Positions 51,565-64,000 of a stretch of DNA of 64,000 nt are shown piece by piece. The stretch is from Camelus dromedarius (Eukaryota). The notes below the pieces were generated by a model that saw only the letters and a list, made by a program, of their open reading frames with translations, had not been told where the DNA came from and ran no database searches. Position 1 is the first letter of the stretch. Each line of letters starts with the position of its first letter. The stretch is taken from NCBI RefSeq assembly GCF_036321535.1, contig NC_087436.1, positions 94,180,001-94,244,000 on the forward strand, given 5' to 3'. A program made the position numbers and the translations under genes.

Positions 51565-52492
51565 CTATGTAAAAAAGAGGCAACTCAGCGTAGGAAGGAG
51601 AACACAGACCATGGGGTTAGGCAAGCTTGGGTTTGGCTCCAAAATTTGTTGCCGGAAACACTGGAGGAGATGTGAGAGGAGAGGAGAGTGTGGTATTTCA
51701 GACTGGAGTATCTGCTGCCAAGCCAGAGAGATTTCAGGAGAGCCAAGGGGGCTGTGGTCACATTGCAAGGGATGAGAATGAGTGGGAAAGGAAGACGGAT
51801 GGCAGCAAAGAGACTTCTTCTCCCATGAACTTTGACATGAAATATTTAGTTACACACATGTTCTTGCCTACACTGTTTATGATGACAAAAAAAAATCATT
51901 CAAGAACAAGTGGTTAAACTAATTAGTTTATCCCTATAATTGATACCCTTTAAAATGTCAAGGCACGAGGACATGAACTGACACAGGAAAAGGGTCCCTG
52001 AGCTGAACAAGAAAAAAGCAGGTTTCAAAATATGCACGGTATGATTCCAGAGATATGAAGTCTCGATCAATATATACCAACATGTCAAGGTGAATTCACT
52101 ATGGTCCTAGGATGGTAGCTGATTCTCATTTTCTTCTCCTTGTTTCTGTGCACATTAAAGTATTTCTAGAAGCATGTGTTATGTGTGCAGTTATGAAGTA
52201 CTTTGTGTTGTTTCTTAAGTGTGGTTGGAAGGGAAAGAAAAGGTTGACCTGAGGCCCCTTGAGGCAATAGAGAATTTCTATGAGCCCCCATCAGTGTCCA
52301 CAGACAAAAATGTTCTACATCTGAACAGCTGAATTTGTTTAAAATTCCTGAAAGCACTGTCTCTGGCTTCTGTTTCCTTTTTAAAGCTCTAACTTGGAAA
52401 GAAGACAAGCTGAGCTGAGTAACGATGCCTCCTCTAACAAATGTTCTAAGTCCATCTCTCTTTTTCTTGCTCATGAGAGAGTTTTTAAAGTC

Positions 52493-52552
<60 letters not shown>
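52493..52552. repeat. Compound (AT)n(TG)25 microsatellite
   Basis: Uninterrupted TG run 52502-52551 preceded by a short AT run. Confidence 0.97.
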
Positions 52553-52554
<2 letters not shown>

Positions 52555-52875
52555 TTTAGATACTCAAAGATTGAATACAACCTGGATGTTTGATAACATT
52601 AAGGAACTATTGCTAATTTTGTTAGGCAATCATCATATTGTGGTCATATACACTTTTAAAGTCCTTCTTATTTGACAGGTGAAATGAATATGATGCCTGG
52701 GATTTATTTCAGATTATTCCAGAAAAGAAAAAAACAAGAAGTAAGGATGACGGATGAAATAAAATTGGGGAAATATTGAGAACGTTGAAGGTGAATGATG
52801 GTATGTGGCAGGTATATTAGTCTCTTCTCACTACTTTTATGTATGTTTCAACTGTTTCATGATGAAAGTTTTAAA
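52555..52875 (+). mobile_element. Ancient L1 (L1MC/ME) 3' end
   Basis: tggatgtttgataacattaaggaactattg...gatgcctgggattt...ttctcactacttttatgtatgttt. Confidence 0.7.
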
Positions 52876-53859
52876 GGGTGGGATCTTTTGTTTTCTATAG
52901 CATTTTGTCCAAGCTGTAGTATCATTCTCATCTTTAGTTATAGAGAAAATGCAGAAAAGTATCACTAAAAAATAAAAAGTATACTTTATACTACAGTGAC
53001 TTGAAGAAATGTTGGTGCAGCAAATAACAAGTGATGTAAAGGTAGGCAGTGCAGAGGCTGAGAGTCTGTGTCTTAGTGGAAGGGCGATGGAGGAGGAAAA
53101 GTCACAGTCCTGGGTGAGGATCCCCAGCCAAGTCATGAAAGAAAGCCTTGAGCTTCAAGTACAAGTTCTAACAGCATCTCAATAAGACATCACCATCTGT
53201 CCCTGGGAAGTAAAGGCCACGTCTAGAAAACATTCTACCCAAAAGATACTCTTAAAGTTACTTTGAGATTACCTGAACTTCCTAACGGTATAAACGTTCG
53301 TTACCCTCCCTCGGCCCTCCTTGCCCCAATTCTGCAGAATTAGCTCTTCGCAAAAGCGCAAAAAGTAATAATGAAAATAACTTAAAAAGAAGAGAAAAGA
53401 AACCCAAGAGTGAAAATGGATTACCCACACAAAGCCAGATCACAAATCAAAGAAACCCTGAGAATGAAGAAGACCTTCTGCCTTGGGATCGTTTTTGTCT
53501 GAAAAAGTGAGGGGGCAGTGGAGAGTTTCTACTTTCAGATTTTACGTTTCCCCCTTAGACTTAAAGTAGCTCTGTCTGATCTTTTCTGACTGTGAAAATA
53601 TGAAATCTGCCTGATACCTGGTTGACCTCCACCAAGCCCAAGATACCTCCCAGCTTTAAAGTACCATCCATGATGAAGAAAACCATCCCATCCCAGGGTT
53701 TGCCCATCCCCCACACCGGAACCACCACCATCATTCAATACACGTCTTCAAACCATTAGCGGTGAACAGCGTTTCCTTTCCTATTCGCTGATGCAGTCAG
53801 ACTGAAGATGGCTTCCTCATTCTGGCTAACTTCTCTCATTTTCTCTGGATCATTTCTAC

Positions 53860-54990
53860 ATACTTTTTTTTTCTGATTATAAAAAGTAGTTCATACAGGT
53901 TACGGAACTTCTCAAAAATACCAGACTACCTAAAGGCCCTCAAGAAGAAAACCAACTACCACCAACAACCAAAAGCTGTGAGATATTAGTGTACCTTTTC
54001 CTGTTTCGTTTTTTCAGTGTGTCATTTTTTTTCAAAACTAATGTAATACTTTGTATATAGTTTGCCATCTTGCTTTTTTAATTTAACATTTACATCCTAA
54101 ATATTTCTTATATCATTGAGTCTTCAAACATAATTTTAATGACTATCATATTTCATTATATGAATGTAACATTATTTATTTAATCAACTGCCTATTATTG
54201 GACAGTCATTTCTAATTTTTACTATAACACTGAGTGAACATTTAAAAAATAAATTTATGTGGGGAGGTGCCAAGATGGCAGATTAGAAAGACTCACAGCT
54301 TGCCCTCTCCTACAAATACACCAAGAATTACATCTACAAACCCACTGAATCACACAGAAAACCTACTGAACTCTGGCAGAGTGTCTCTTGCTTTGAAATA
54401 CAGGAAGATTCTCACAAAATCCAATAAACAAGTTCATGCTTTATGGCACAGGAAACTATATTCAATATCTTGTAGTAACTTATGGTGAAGAATATGAAAA
54501 GAATATATGTATGTTCATGTATGATTGAAGCATTGTGCTGTACACCAGAAACTGATACAACGTTGTAAACTGACTATACTTCAATAAAAATATATATACA
54601 GAAAAAAAATTTTTAATAAATTTGTACAAATACACAATTATTTCTGTAGTGTAAATAGTGCAATTACTGGAACAAGAAGGGTGAAAAAAGTCAGGTGAAT
54701 TTGTGTTCCATATGCAGTGTATGAGAGTGTGTATTTCATCAGACTATTATCATTGGGTATAACATTTGCCAGTTTAATCTGCTTTCATTTGTATTTCATT
54801 TACAACTAGTGAAAATCAAAATAATCTGTTATTAACCACTTATATTTTTTCTTTTCTAAGTCATCTACTTTATCTACTTTTCTACCAAGGTGGTCATCAT
54901 TTCTTAATGATTTTTTAAAATCTTTTTAGAGATTAAGGATATTAGTCCTCTCTTGGTAAAATAAATATATAGCAATTTTTCTTTACATAT
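53860..54990 (-). mobile_element. Ancient L1ME-type fragment, interrupted at 54261-54614
   Basis: ttctgattataaaaagta...ttatttatttaatcaa...ttttagagattaaggatattag. Confidence 0.6.
54261..54614 (+). mobile_element. Bipartite L1 element: L1 5' terminus (54261-54423) joined to L1 3' UTR and A-tail (54424-54614)
   Basis: G-run start and YY1 motif CAAGATGGC (54271-54279). The 3' part aligns by eye with the L1 3' UTRs at 18718 and 62394. AATAAA at 54583-54588. TSD core aataaattt at 54248-54256 and 54615-54623. Confidence 0.8.
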
Positions 54991-55622
54991 TTTGTATCCA
55001 TGAGTTCTGGGAATTCCCCCAAATTCCTGCTACTCCCCCACCATTGAGCAACCCCTAAAGAAATGTGAAATAGTATGTCCCCTGATTGTGGAAAGAAACT
55101 TAGCATGATTAGATACCTGAAAGGTCATCTAGTTCAACCCACTCATTTTCCCCATGAGGAAACCAGGGCCCAGAGAGTGGTGGTTTCTTCTACTGGGGGC
55201 CCTGAAACTGGTCACTGAGTCAGCACTCTTTCCATCTACACAGGATTTTTTCAAATATATATAATGTCTAATTTTATATCCCATACTTAATTTCCTTAAT
55301 TTTTAAATGCAAACTTACATAGATAGCTTAGATAGATATTCCATATTGATGGATTTTTACTCAAAAGATAACTCCCAGATTTAATATAAAACTCTTTTTC
55401 AAGCAGATCTTCTCTTTCTCATTAACTTCCTTCGAGAGATCGATCATCTCTCTTTAGGGGCAATCATTAAGCCTTCCAATATTCTCTAGAATTAGGGTCA
55501 ACCATTAATTTACAAATTGCTCAACTATAAAAGAAGTCAAAGTATTTTGTTCTGAATATTTAGCCCAGAGCACTGCAGAGAGTGAAGTGATTTAGTTTCA
55601 GGTTCAAAGTATAACATTACTC

Positions 55623-55732
55623 GGGGGAGGGATATAGCTCATGGTAGAGCACATGCTTAGTCTGCATGAGGTCCTGGGTACAATCCCTGTACCTTAAAAA
55701 AAAAAAATCTAAAAATGAAAAAGATAGAGAAA
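55623..55732 (+). mobile_element. tRNA-derived SINE (camelid vic-1-like)
   Basis: gggggagggatatagctcatggtagagcacatgcttag...gtcctgggtacaatccc and A-tail. TSD aaagtataacattact (55606-55621) / aaagtataaaattgct (55733-55748). Confidence 0.88.
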
Positions 55733-56237
55733 AAAGTATAAAATTGCTGATACTCCATCGTTTGCACAGACCCCAGATCGTGAAGTCAGGGTCTTGGTTA
55801 GTGTCTCATCACCATGGCTGACTAGCAGCCTAAGCTTGGGCAAGTCACATAACCAGAACTGCAAAATGTGCATAATGATGCATAGATCGTAGAATTTTTA
55901 AGGCAATTGAAAAGATTCTATCTGCCATGCCTAGCAGAGAGCCTGACCCTAAGTAGGTAAGAGTAACAATTAACACTCACATAGTATTTACCATTGGTCA
56001 GATTCCGTTTGAAGTGCTTTGTGAAAATTAGTCCATTAATCATTACAACACCACCACGTGCTCAGTACCACCGTTGTCTCATTCTACAGCTAGGGAAAGT
56101 GAGACACAGAAAAGTAAAGTAACTTGCCCAAAAGGACAAGCAAGCCCACTTATAGTGCTGTCTCTTATCTCCACTCCCACTGTCTCTTGTTTGGGAGAAA
56201 CCTACCTACTGCGCAGCCTTGGTGAAACTAAGCAATC

Positions 56238-56610
56238 TGCTACGATCTGATATTTGTGTGCCCCTAAAATTCATATGTTGAAACCTAACCCCAAGGTGAC
56301 AGTATTAGGAGGTGGGAGCCTTTGGGAGGTCAGTAGGTCAGGAGGGCAGAGCCCTCGTGAATGAAATTAGTACCCTTATGCAAGAGCCCCAGAGAGCTCC
56401 GCAGTTTTGCCCTGCCCCTTCCACCGTATGAGGACACAGTGAGAAGGCACGCTCCCAGAATCAGGAAGCAAGTCCTCACTAGACACTGAATCTGCACGAG
56501 CCGTCATCTTGGACTCCCCAACCTCCAGGTCTGTGAGAAGTAAATTTCTATTGTTTATAAGCTACCTTGCCTGTGGCATTTTGTTACAGCAGCTCAAATA
56601 GACTAAGACA
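56238..56610 (+). mobile_element. Solo MaLR LTR (MLT1A/MLT1A0-like), full length
   Basis: TG...CA termini (tgctacg...gactaagaca) and a perfect 5-bp TSD caatc at 56233-56237 and 56611-56615. Confidence 0.92.
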
Positions 56611-56806
56611 CAATCCTAAAATAAAGGCAGGAAATGAGGAGGGAGATCTGGAAAGATATTTTTCAGCTGGTGGGTGATTTCTTTCTTACTACAGGCCTGG
56701 TTTCTAACAACATTTGAAAGATTTCTCCCTTAAGCAGACACTCTCACGCACCATGGAAAAATGTACAGAAGTGTGCAATCTTTGTAGAAGGCAGTTTAAC
56801 AGAACC

Positions 56807-57482
56807 CAGCAGCACATTTAGTGTTTTTGACGCCTGGAGCTGATCATTTTTCAACCTCCTTCATCTATATGGCAAAATTAGTTTTAGTAACAATGTGTAA
56901 GAGTCGGGAACAATCATTATTTCCTTGGCTCATTCTTTAGCTTTAAAATAAACAAGGAACAATTTACAAGAAAAATAAATTTCAATTTTAAAAGTATTAT
57001 TCCAGTGTTATTCCAGTGCAGTAAAATACTTCAGGTATGAACTAAAACTTGCAATTATCAGTCAAAAATATTACACCTTGCAATCTGAGCTCTGCTTTAC
57101 TGTTTTAAGTTTGAACATAAAACAACAAAAACTAACATAGGATAACAGAACTGAAGTAAATCAAGTTCTGTTTCATTATCTCTATAATCATTATGCTAAC
57201 ATTCTCTAATTCTACTCTACTGCTTAGGAATCATAAGCAGGAATCAGGAATATGTTGTGTCATAGGGGTGGGAATCAAAATCTGCCCTAAGTCAACTCTA
57301 ATGGAATCCACACACGCCACTAAGCACTCGCACTAACTGTATCACTGCCAGCACATGGGGAAAATAAAAAGCAGACCCACATTGGTTTGATTATTGTCTT
57401 AAAATTCTCAGCAGATGATGCACCTCTTATTGCCTGTACCTGGGGTGGACCCCTCTACCATCCTGTCCTTGGTATGTCCCTG
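56807..57482. mobile_element. hAT-Tip100 (Arthur1-like) element inserted in an old L1
   Basis: Ends cagcagcacatttagtg and cctggggtggac...cttggtatgtccctg. The flanks join into an L1 ORF2 3' end pattern. Confidence 0.55.
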
Positions 57483-57654
57483 CTAGTAGCAATCAAAAAT
57501 TTAAATGCATTACCTTTTAACCCAGCAATTCCAATTCTTCAAACACATTGTCTTGTACCTACACAAGTAGTCAAGACATATGTGCAAGAATTTTCATTGT
57601 GGCATTATTCACAACAGCAAAAATAGAACTGAGAGTAACTGAAAGGTCCATCAA

Positions 57655-57802
57655 CTACAATCAATATCTTACAGTAACCTGTAATGAAGAAATGTGAAAA
57701 TGAATATATGTATGTATATGTATGACGAAACATTACGCAGTACATTAGAAATCAACACATTGTAAACTGACTATACTTCAATTTTTAAAATGTAAAAAAA
57801 AA
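57655..57802 (+). mobile_element. Short L1 3' end
   Basis: tcaatatcttacagtaacc...acattgtaaactgactatacttcaat and A-tail. Confidence 0.8.
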
Positions 57803-57869
57803 GAGGCAGTGGTTAAATTAATTCTGCCATATCCATACAGTGGAATCCGATACACCATTAAACTGAATT

Positions 57870-58128
57870 AGGTTGGAGGTGGGATGAAATAAGTGAAGGG
57901 GATTAAGAGATGCAAACCTCTAGGTATAAAATAAATAAGTCACAGGAATGTAATATAGAGCATAAGGACTATGGGCAACAATATTATAATAACTTTGTAT
58001 AGGGACAGACGGTTATCAGACATCACACAGTGAATATTTCACAGTGTATGCAAATGTTAAATCATTATGTAGTATAGCTGAAACTAACATAATATTGTAT
58101 GTCAACTCTATTTCAATTTTTTAAAAAA
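57870..58128 (+). mobile_element. Older L1 (L1MA9-like) 3' end
   Basis: gtgaaggggattaagag...tataaaataaataagtcac...ctgaaactaacataatattgtatgtcaact. Confidence 0.75.
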
Positions 58129-60017
58129 GGATTAAATCAGCCCTGTATGTATCACACAGGAAGAGTATCCGTGACATATTAGTAACTGAAAAAGAAAGCA
58201 ATTGAACAATTCATAATCTCATTTACTTAGAAAAATAAGTGTACAAGCCTGGTCTGATGCCCTTGAACACCCAGAATAGCCAGAATGGCCTGAGTCCAGG
58301 CAGAGGAAAGGTATCTATCTGTTCAGTGATGGACAAAACCAGGCTTGCTGTGAATTTCCAGCACAACGTATACATGCCCCTCTACAGACAAAACTGTACA
58401 AAGGCACAACAGTTACTCCCTAAGATTTCTAAGAGAGAAAAGGAACAAAGTGCAATAACCTAAGAACCCAAGTTTGTACAGACTTTCTTAAGTGTTTAAA
58501 ATTTTCTTTTGGAATACTGATGTATATGCTTTCTGTATTGATTATATTGCAGATGTAACACATAGTAGTTGGATTAACTCTCTCCGCAGATGCTCAACCT
58601 CTGATCAAGGACTTAACAGAAACTGGGAGAAACAAGTTCATAATGACCCTGAAACTATCAGGATACTCCAGAGCAAAATTCTTTTTTAAACTGTTTAATT
58701 CATTGCTTATGCATACATAATATTCTGTTAACATTAAGTTCCAAATCCACAGAAGTCTGGAAAACATAACAAGATATCTGCCTTTAATTGGCTTTAAACT
58801 AGGCCTACTTTTAAAGAGCCTGATGGGGACAGAAGACAATAAGGACAATTTAAGATAGTTTAGACTAGATCTAGAGGTTTTTTAAATAAAATTTTTTCTA
58901 CTTAATTAATAATGCCTATGAGCCTCACTTTTTTGTTGTCATTCTTGATAGAAGAAATGACTTCATGAGGAGAGATAATGCGATGGCCATGCAGAGGCCG
59001 AACAGGATGGCCATACTTCATAATTAGGCCCCACATATCTTAGAGAATAAAATCCTAAATTAGAAAGAAAAGAAGCAACCATCTGCATACAAATGACCTC
59101 ACATTGAGCTTCAACCCAGAAAAAAATAAAATTTAAATGGGTAAGTGCTATAATAAAGGTAAATGCAAAATGCCAAGAGAACTCTAAGGGCAGAGTGCTT
59201 AAATCTTCAAGGAGGGTAGGGTAGGAGGGGCAGAAAGGAGTGACATTTGAAATATGCCTTGGAACGGGAAAGAAAATGGGATTGGTGGACGGCATTCAGA
59301 GGAAGTGGGTGGTGCCCAGGTGTGCATGTGGGGCAAGTATGTGGAGGTAGAGAGCTGGCTTTGGGGGCTGGAGCATCGGTGGAAGATGACATTGGAAAGG
59401 GATACTGGGGCCAAATAAGTATAAAATAACCTCCTTCCAGCCGTCTCTCTCATTACTTTTGTCCTCTTCCTTGTCTGCAGTTCAGCTAGCCATTGCTGAA
59501 ATCTCTCGGGACTATGTAGCATCCACCAAACTCTCCCTGCCTTTCCAGCCTCAGCAATCTTAAGTGTGCTGTTCTCATCTCCTGAAATGTGATCTTCCCT
59601 GCTCTGACGCTTCCTGGTAAATTCTACCTGTCCCAGAGCCCAGCTCAAATGCCACCTCCTCCATGAGGACTTCCAGAAACTCCTAGTAAGCATTCTTTTT
59701 CTCCCTTATTTGAATAGTTAATACATGCCTACAGTAAAATTCAAAAAGTACAAAAGTGAAAAATATGTCTCCTTCCCATGCCTGCCCTCCAGGGCCCCAG
59801 GCCATTTTCCCCAAGGCAACCACTGTATTAAGTTTCTCATGCATTTTCCCAAAGCGATCACATTATGACAAGTATTCACAAATGTATATGCACAAACGCA
59901 TATGTGTAATTATCATAACACACACAATCACTCTTTTTTTGTATACAGACTATAGCATACTGTACCACACTCCATGATGTTTTTCTCATTTAATTTTTCC
60001 TTTATCAGTAGACTTTT

Positions 60018-60844
60018 CAGGCAAACCTCCAAGATAGTGAGGGTTCAGGGTCCAGACCACCACAGCAGAGCGAATATTGCAATAAAGTGAGTCACATGAT
60101 TTTTTTGGTTTCCCAGTGGATATAAAAGTTATGTTACCATACTGTAGTCTATTGTGTCACAGCATTATGTCTAAAAATACTGTACATACCTCAATTAAAA
60201 AGTATTTTATTGCTAAAAGATATTAACCGTCATCTAAGCCCTCATTGAGTCATAAACTTTTTGCTGGTGGAGCCTCAATGTCGATGGCTGTTGACTGAGT
60301 AGGGTGGTGGTTCCTGAAGGCTGGGGTGGTGGCAGTTTTTTAAAATAAGACAAAGAGGAAGTTAGCCACATCTATTGACTCTTCCTTTCCTGAATGATTT
60401 CTCTGTAACATGCAATGCTGTTTGATAGCATGTTACCCACAGTAGAACTTCTTTCAAAATTGGAGTCAGTGCTCTCAAACCCTGCCACTTCTTTATCAAC
60501 AAAGTTTATGTGATATTCTAAATCCTAAATCCTTTGTTGTCATTTCAACAGTCAAGTTCACTGTCTTATGTGGGCACAGTTCATGGTGCCCCAAAACAAT
60601 TACAATCACAGCACCAAAGATCACTGACCCCAGATCACCGTAACAAATATGATAGTAATTTAGAAGTTTTAAATATTGTGAGAATTACCAAAATGTGACA
60701 CAGAGACAAGAAGTGAGCAGTTGCTGTTGGAAAAATAGCTCCAATAGACTTGCTTGATGAAGTTGCCACAAAACTTCCATTTGTAAAGTCAATCAATCAA
60801 GAGAACTGTAGTCAAGCGGAGCATAATAAAACAAGGTCTGCCGG
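60018..60844 (-). mobile_element. Tigger1 internal-deletion derivative with both TIRs
   Basis: Ends caggcaaacctc and aaggtctgccgg. Diagnostic ccagaccacc...gcaataaagtgagtcac and catggtgccccaaaacaattaca. Junction near 60553. Confidence 0.9.
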
Positions 60845-62393
60845 TTTGAGCTGCCTGATTTTAAATCTCTTTGGTAGAGGACTAAGCAATCCCTCCTCAG
60901 CTGTGGATAAATCTGAAAATATAATACTAAAAATAAATGAAGAGTCAGTGTGGCGGTTTAGCCTTTTTCTCATTGTATTATATTGTGCTGTACTGTATTG
61001 TACTGTCCTGTATTTCTCACTATGTTTACACAGAGGCAGTTTGCAGTGGCCAGCACCCTGCACTGCGAGTCAGGCTCGAATCCTGGCTCTACCACTAACT
61101 GTGACTTGCTCAAGCATTAGCCTCTCCGGACTTCAATTTCCTCATCTGTAAAATTAGGCATTGAACTCAGTGGGCTCTTAGGGCCCCTCCAGTACTGACA
61201 GTCCATGTTTCCATGAAAGCTCCGATGTCACAAGCTGATTTGAGAGATGTTAATAGGGAAGAGGGGCAGATGGTGCAATGTTCCTGCCAAGGATGACCTT
61301 TCCCCACTCCCAGGCTTCTCCTTGTACCTTGCCTTGCTTGTCCTTCCTTCCCCACCCACCACCTTGACCCAGAGGCATGCACACTTAAAAAAAAAAACCC
61401 TCAGTCTGGGTGCATCAGCCAAATGAAGCACAAGGGATCCCAGCAGGTGTCTGATGTCAAGGCTGTGTTCAGTCGCAAGCATCTTAGATATACACAAGAC
61501 AGAAACAGAATCTGCACCTCTTTTCCTGGGGACATGTTCCAGTCCTATTTAGAGTCCACGGGCCTGATTTGTGACCAACAGAACTTGCAAATACTTTGTG
61601 CCTTAGGCAGTTTTCAGAGACTGATTGGAGGAAACACCCAGCCCATTTACACACCTTGGCAGCAGGACAACTAGGTGGCCAAGGTGGCAGAGAGGCCCAA
61701 TGGGTAGTGCCATTTAGATCCCAGAAAATCCCTCAGTTCTCTAAGGCATCCTCATGGCTTTCCTGGACAAAAAATAACAGCCGTTGGCCACATCACTCAT
61801 TTGCCTCCCAAAGGTCCATACTGAGGAGAGAGGTTCTCAGGCCTTGTAAAAGCATCCCCACAACATTAAAAGGACAGAAACCACTGACCAGATGTCCATG
61901 GTGGAGCAACTTGTACAGGTCTTGGCAGGGAAACAGGCACTGGACAACCATCTGGTCTGGGCCGGGTAACTTGTGGCTCCCTCTAGGTGAGCCACAGCCC
62001 CTCCCTGGAATTTGATGTTCATCCTTTATGCCAACTCTCACACCTCCATGTGGCTATTCTCAACATGTTTGAAACCAGGAGGCCTAAACCTAAATCTGTT
62101 TCCAGCAGCAGGGACTTTCAGAAAACACTCCACGGAATTGACTTGCCATTGCCATTCATTTTTGCTCTCATTTGTCTTAAGTTTTTAAATACAAGACAAC
62201 TTGCCACAAAGGAAAATTTTTCAAAGGAGAAACACTCACACACACCCCTCTCTTTTCATTGAATTCCTTATTATTTCAGAAAAAAATATTAATAATGTAA
62301 AAAATGTATATGAAAAAAAGCAAGTTCAAAACAGTATGTGCCTTATGATCCTGATTTTTCAATAAAAATAGAGAGCAGAGTATGAAACTAACC

Positions 62394-63092
62394 TGTAGAT
62401 TCCTCAAAAGACTAGGAATAGACTTACCAGATGACCGAGGAATCCCGCTCCTGGGCATATATCCAGAAGGAGCCCTACTTCAAAAAGTCATCTGCACCCC
62501 AATGTTCATAGCAGCACTATTTACAATAGCCAAGACATGGAAACAGCCTAAATGTCCATCAACAGATGACTGATAAAGAAGTTGTGGTATATTTACACAA
62601 TGGAATACTATTCAGCCATAAAAACCAACAACATAATGCCATTTGCAGCAATGTGGATGTTCCTGGAGAATGTCATTCTAAGTGAAATAAACCAGAAAGA
62701 GAAAGAAAAATACCATATGAGATCGCTTATATGTGGGATCTAAAAAAAAAGAACATAAATACAAAACAGAAACAGACTCATAGACATAGAATACAAACTT
62801 GTGGTTACCAAGGGGGTAGGGGGTGGGAAGGGACAGACTGGGATTTCAAAATTTGTAGATACTGACAGGCATATGTAGAATAGATAAACAAGATTATACT
62901 GTGTAGCACAGGGACATATATACAAGATCTTGTGGTAGCTCACAGTGAAAAAAATGTGACAATGAATATATGTATGTTCATGTATAACTGAAAAATTGTG
63001 CTCTACACTGGAATTTGACACAACACTGTAAAATGACTATACTCAATAAAAAATGTTTTAAAAAATTATCAAAAATAAATGAAAAAAAAAAA
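62394..63092 (+). mobile_element. Young 5'-truncated L1 (ORF2 C-terminus, 3' UTR, A-tail)
   Basis: Encodes IPLLGIYP...CTPMFIAALFTIAKTWKQPKCPSTDD, then a frameshift/stop. Perfect TSD gaaactaacc at 62384-62393 and 63093-63102. Confidence 0.95.
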
Positions 63093-64000
63093 GAAACTAA
63101 CCCAAGATGTTAGCAATGCTCTGGTACAACTGTAGATTTTTGTGTGTGTGCTTATCTATGGTTTACAAATTTCCTTCATGAACATACACTGCTTCTGTAA
63201 CAACAACAAAAAAAGAGCTGTAAAAGTATTTCATGATTCTTTGTAAAAGAAAATATAAACACATTCTGTAGTCTCCTCCTGGAAAGAAACAGCATTTGTT
63301 AGTATCACCAGATACTGTAGTCACTTTCAAGAAAGTATGACATGGGAGACCTAGCTGGGGTCAGGATGGGCCCCTGACTGCTGAAATGACCCTGAACCTG
63401 TCCAGGACCCCACCACCACCACCACCGTCACCTCATCTGTGGGAAGAGCAGGTCTCACTGGGTCTTTAAGTCCCTCCTTACTTAGTCTGGAACTCCTCAC
63501 AGATCTTTCAGATACCACCCCAGTTAAAAAAACAAACAAAGGAGTAAAACCTTGGAATATTTCAGTGATGTAGATTGTGCCCAGACCACCCTGCTCAGTA
63601 TGCTATAAAATTCCTGGGGGAACTAAGATCCAAGAAAAAGAGGTTTCTTGTGTAATAGAGATGGTGGGCCACTATTAGGATTTATGGGAGCATCTTTCCT
63701 TTTGTCATTGACTACAGAAAGGTCAAGGACATGCTTTAGCCTAAGGCTCACTTCCTCTATATGGTCCTGTGAATGGGATCAAAATACAGGAAGTCTATTA
63801 GCCAAGATTCTCTGTTCATTGACAATGCATGGATGGGCACTGCCAAGGTACCATTCTCAGACTTGCTTGTTTTCTGTTTCCAAGCATCACCAACCCTCTT
63901 TTTTTCTGATCAGTACCTCTTCATATAAATCTGTCTTCTCAGGAGATGACTCTCTAGGCATCTTCATGTACTAGCCTCTCCTAGTCTTGGCTTAGCGGTA

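Noticed and set aside
55623..55695. tRNA-like sequence (also at 14037 and 38550)
   Set aside because: A-tails, TSDs and a degenerate acceptor stem indicate SINEs, not tRNA genes.
62382..62573. 63-aa ORF with clear protein similarity
   Set aside because: It is the L1 ORF2p C-terminus in a truncated, frameshifted copy, not a host gene.

Overview
Mammalian genomic DNA, not microbial. It is most likely camelid (alpaca, llama or camel), judged from three copies of a tRNA-derived SINE resembling vic-1. One protein-coding gene is supported: RHOH, the atypical GTPase-deficient haematopoietic Rho GTPase, on the minus strand. Its whole 191-aa CDS (44415-44990) lies in one terminal exon with a splice acceptor at 45205/45206. 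Higher coordinates are inferred RHOH 5' intron; lower coordinates are 3' UTR and then intergenic DNA. The rest is old interspersed repeats (MIR, L2, L1M, MaLR/ERVL LTRs, hAT and Tigger DNA transposons), younger L1 3' ends and SINEs with TSDs, and repeat-free islands with ETS/IRF/RUNX/RFX-type motifs. I found no novel multi-gene system. The most unusual items are: (1) a ~355-bp TSD-flanked element joining an L1 5' terminus directly to an L1 3' UTR at an apparent splice junction (54261-54614); (2) a ~740-bp poly(A)-tailed, TSD-flanked insert of non-L1 sequence inside a MER119-like element (18353-19088); (3) two short uORFs in the RHOH leader; (4) a CKIL CAAX box; (5) two template-switch-like palindromes. 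Repeat family names come from recalled consensus sequences, not a database search, so subfamily calls and old-repeat boundaries are approximate.
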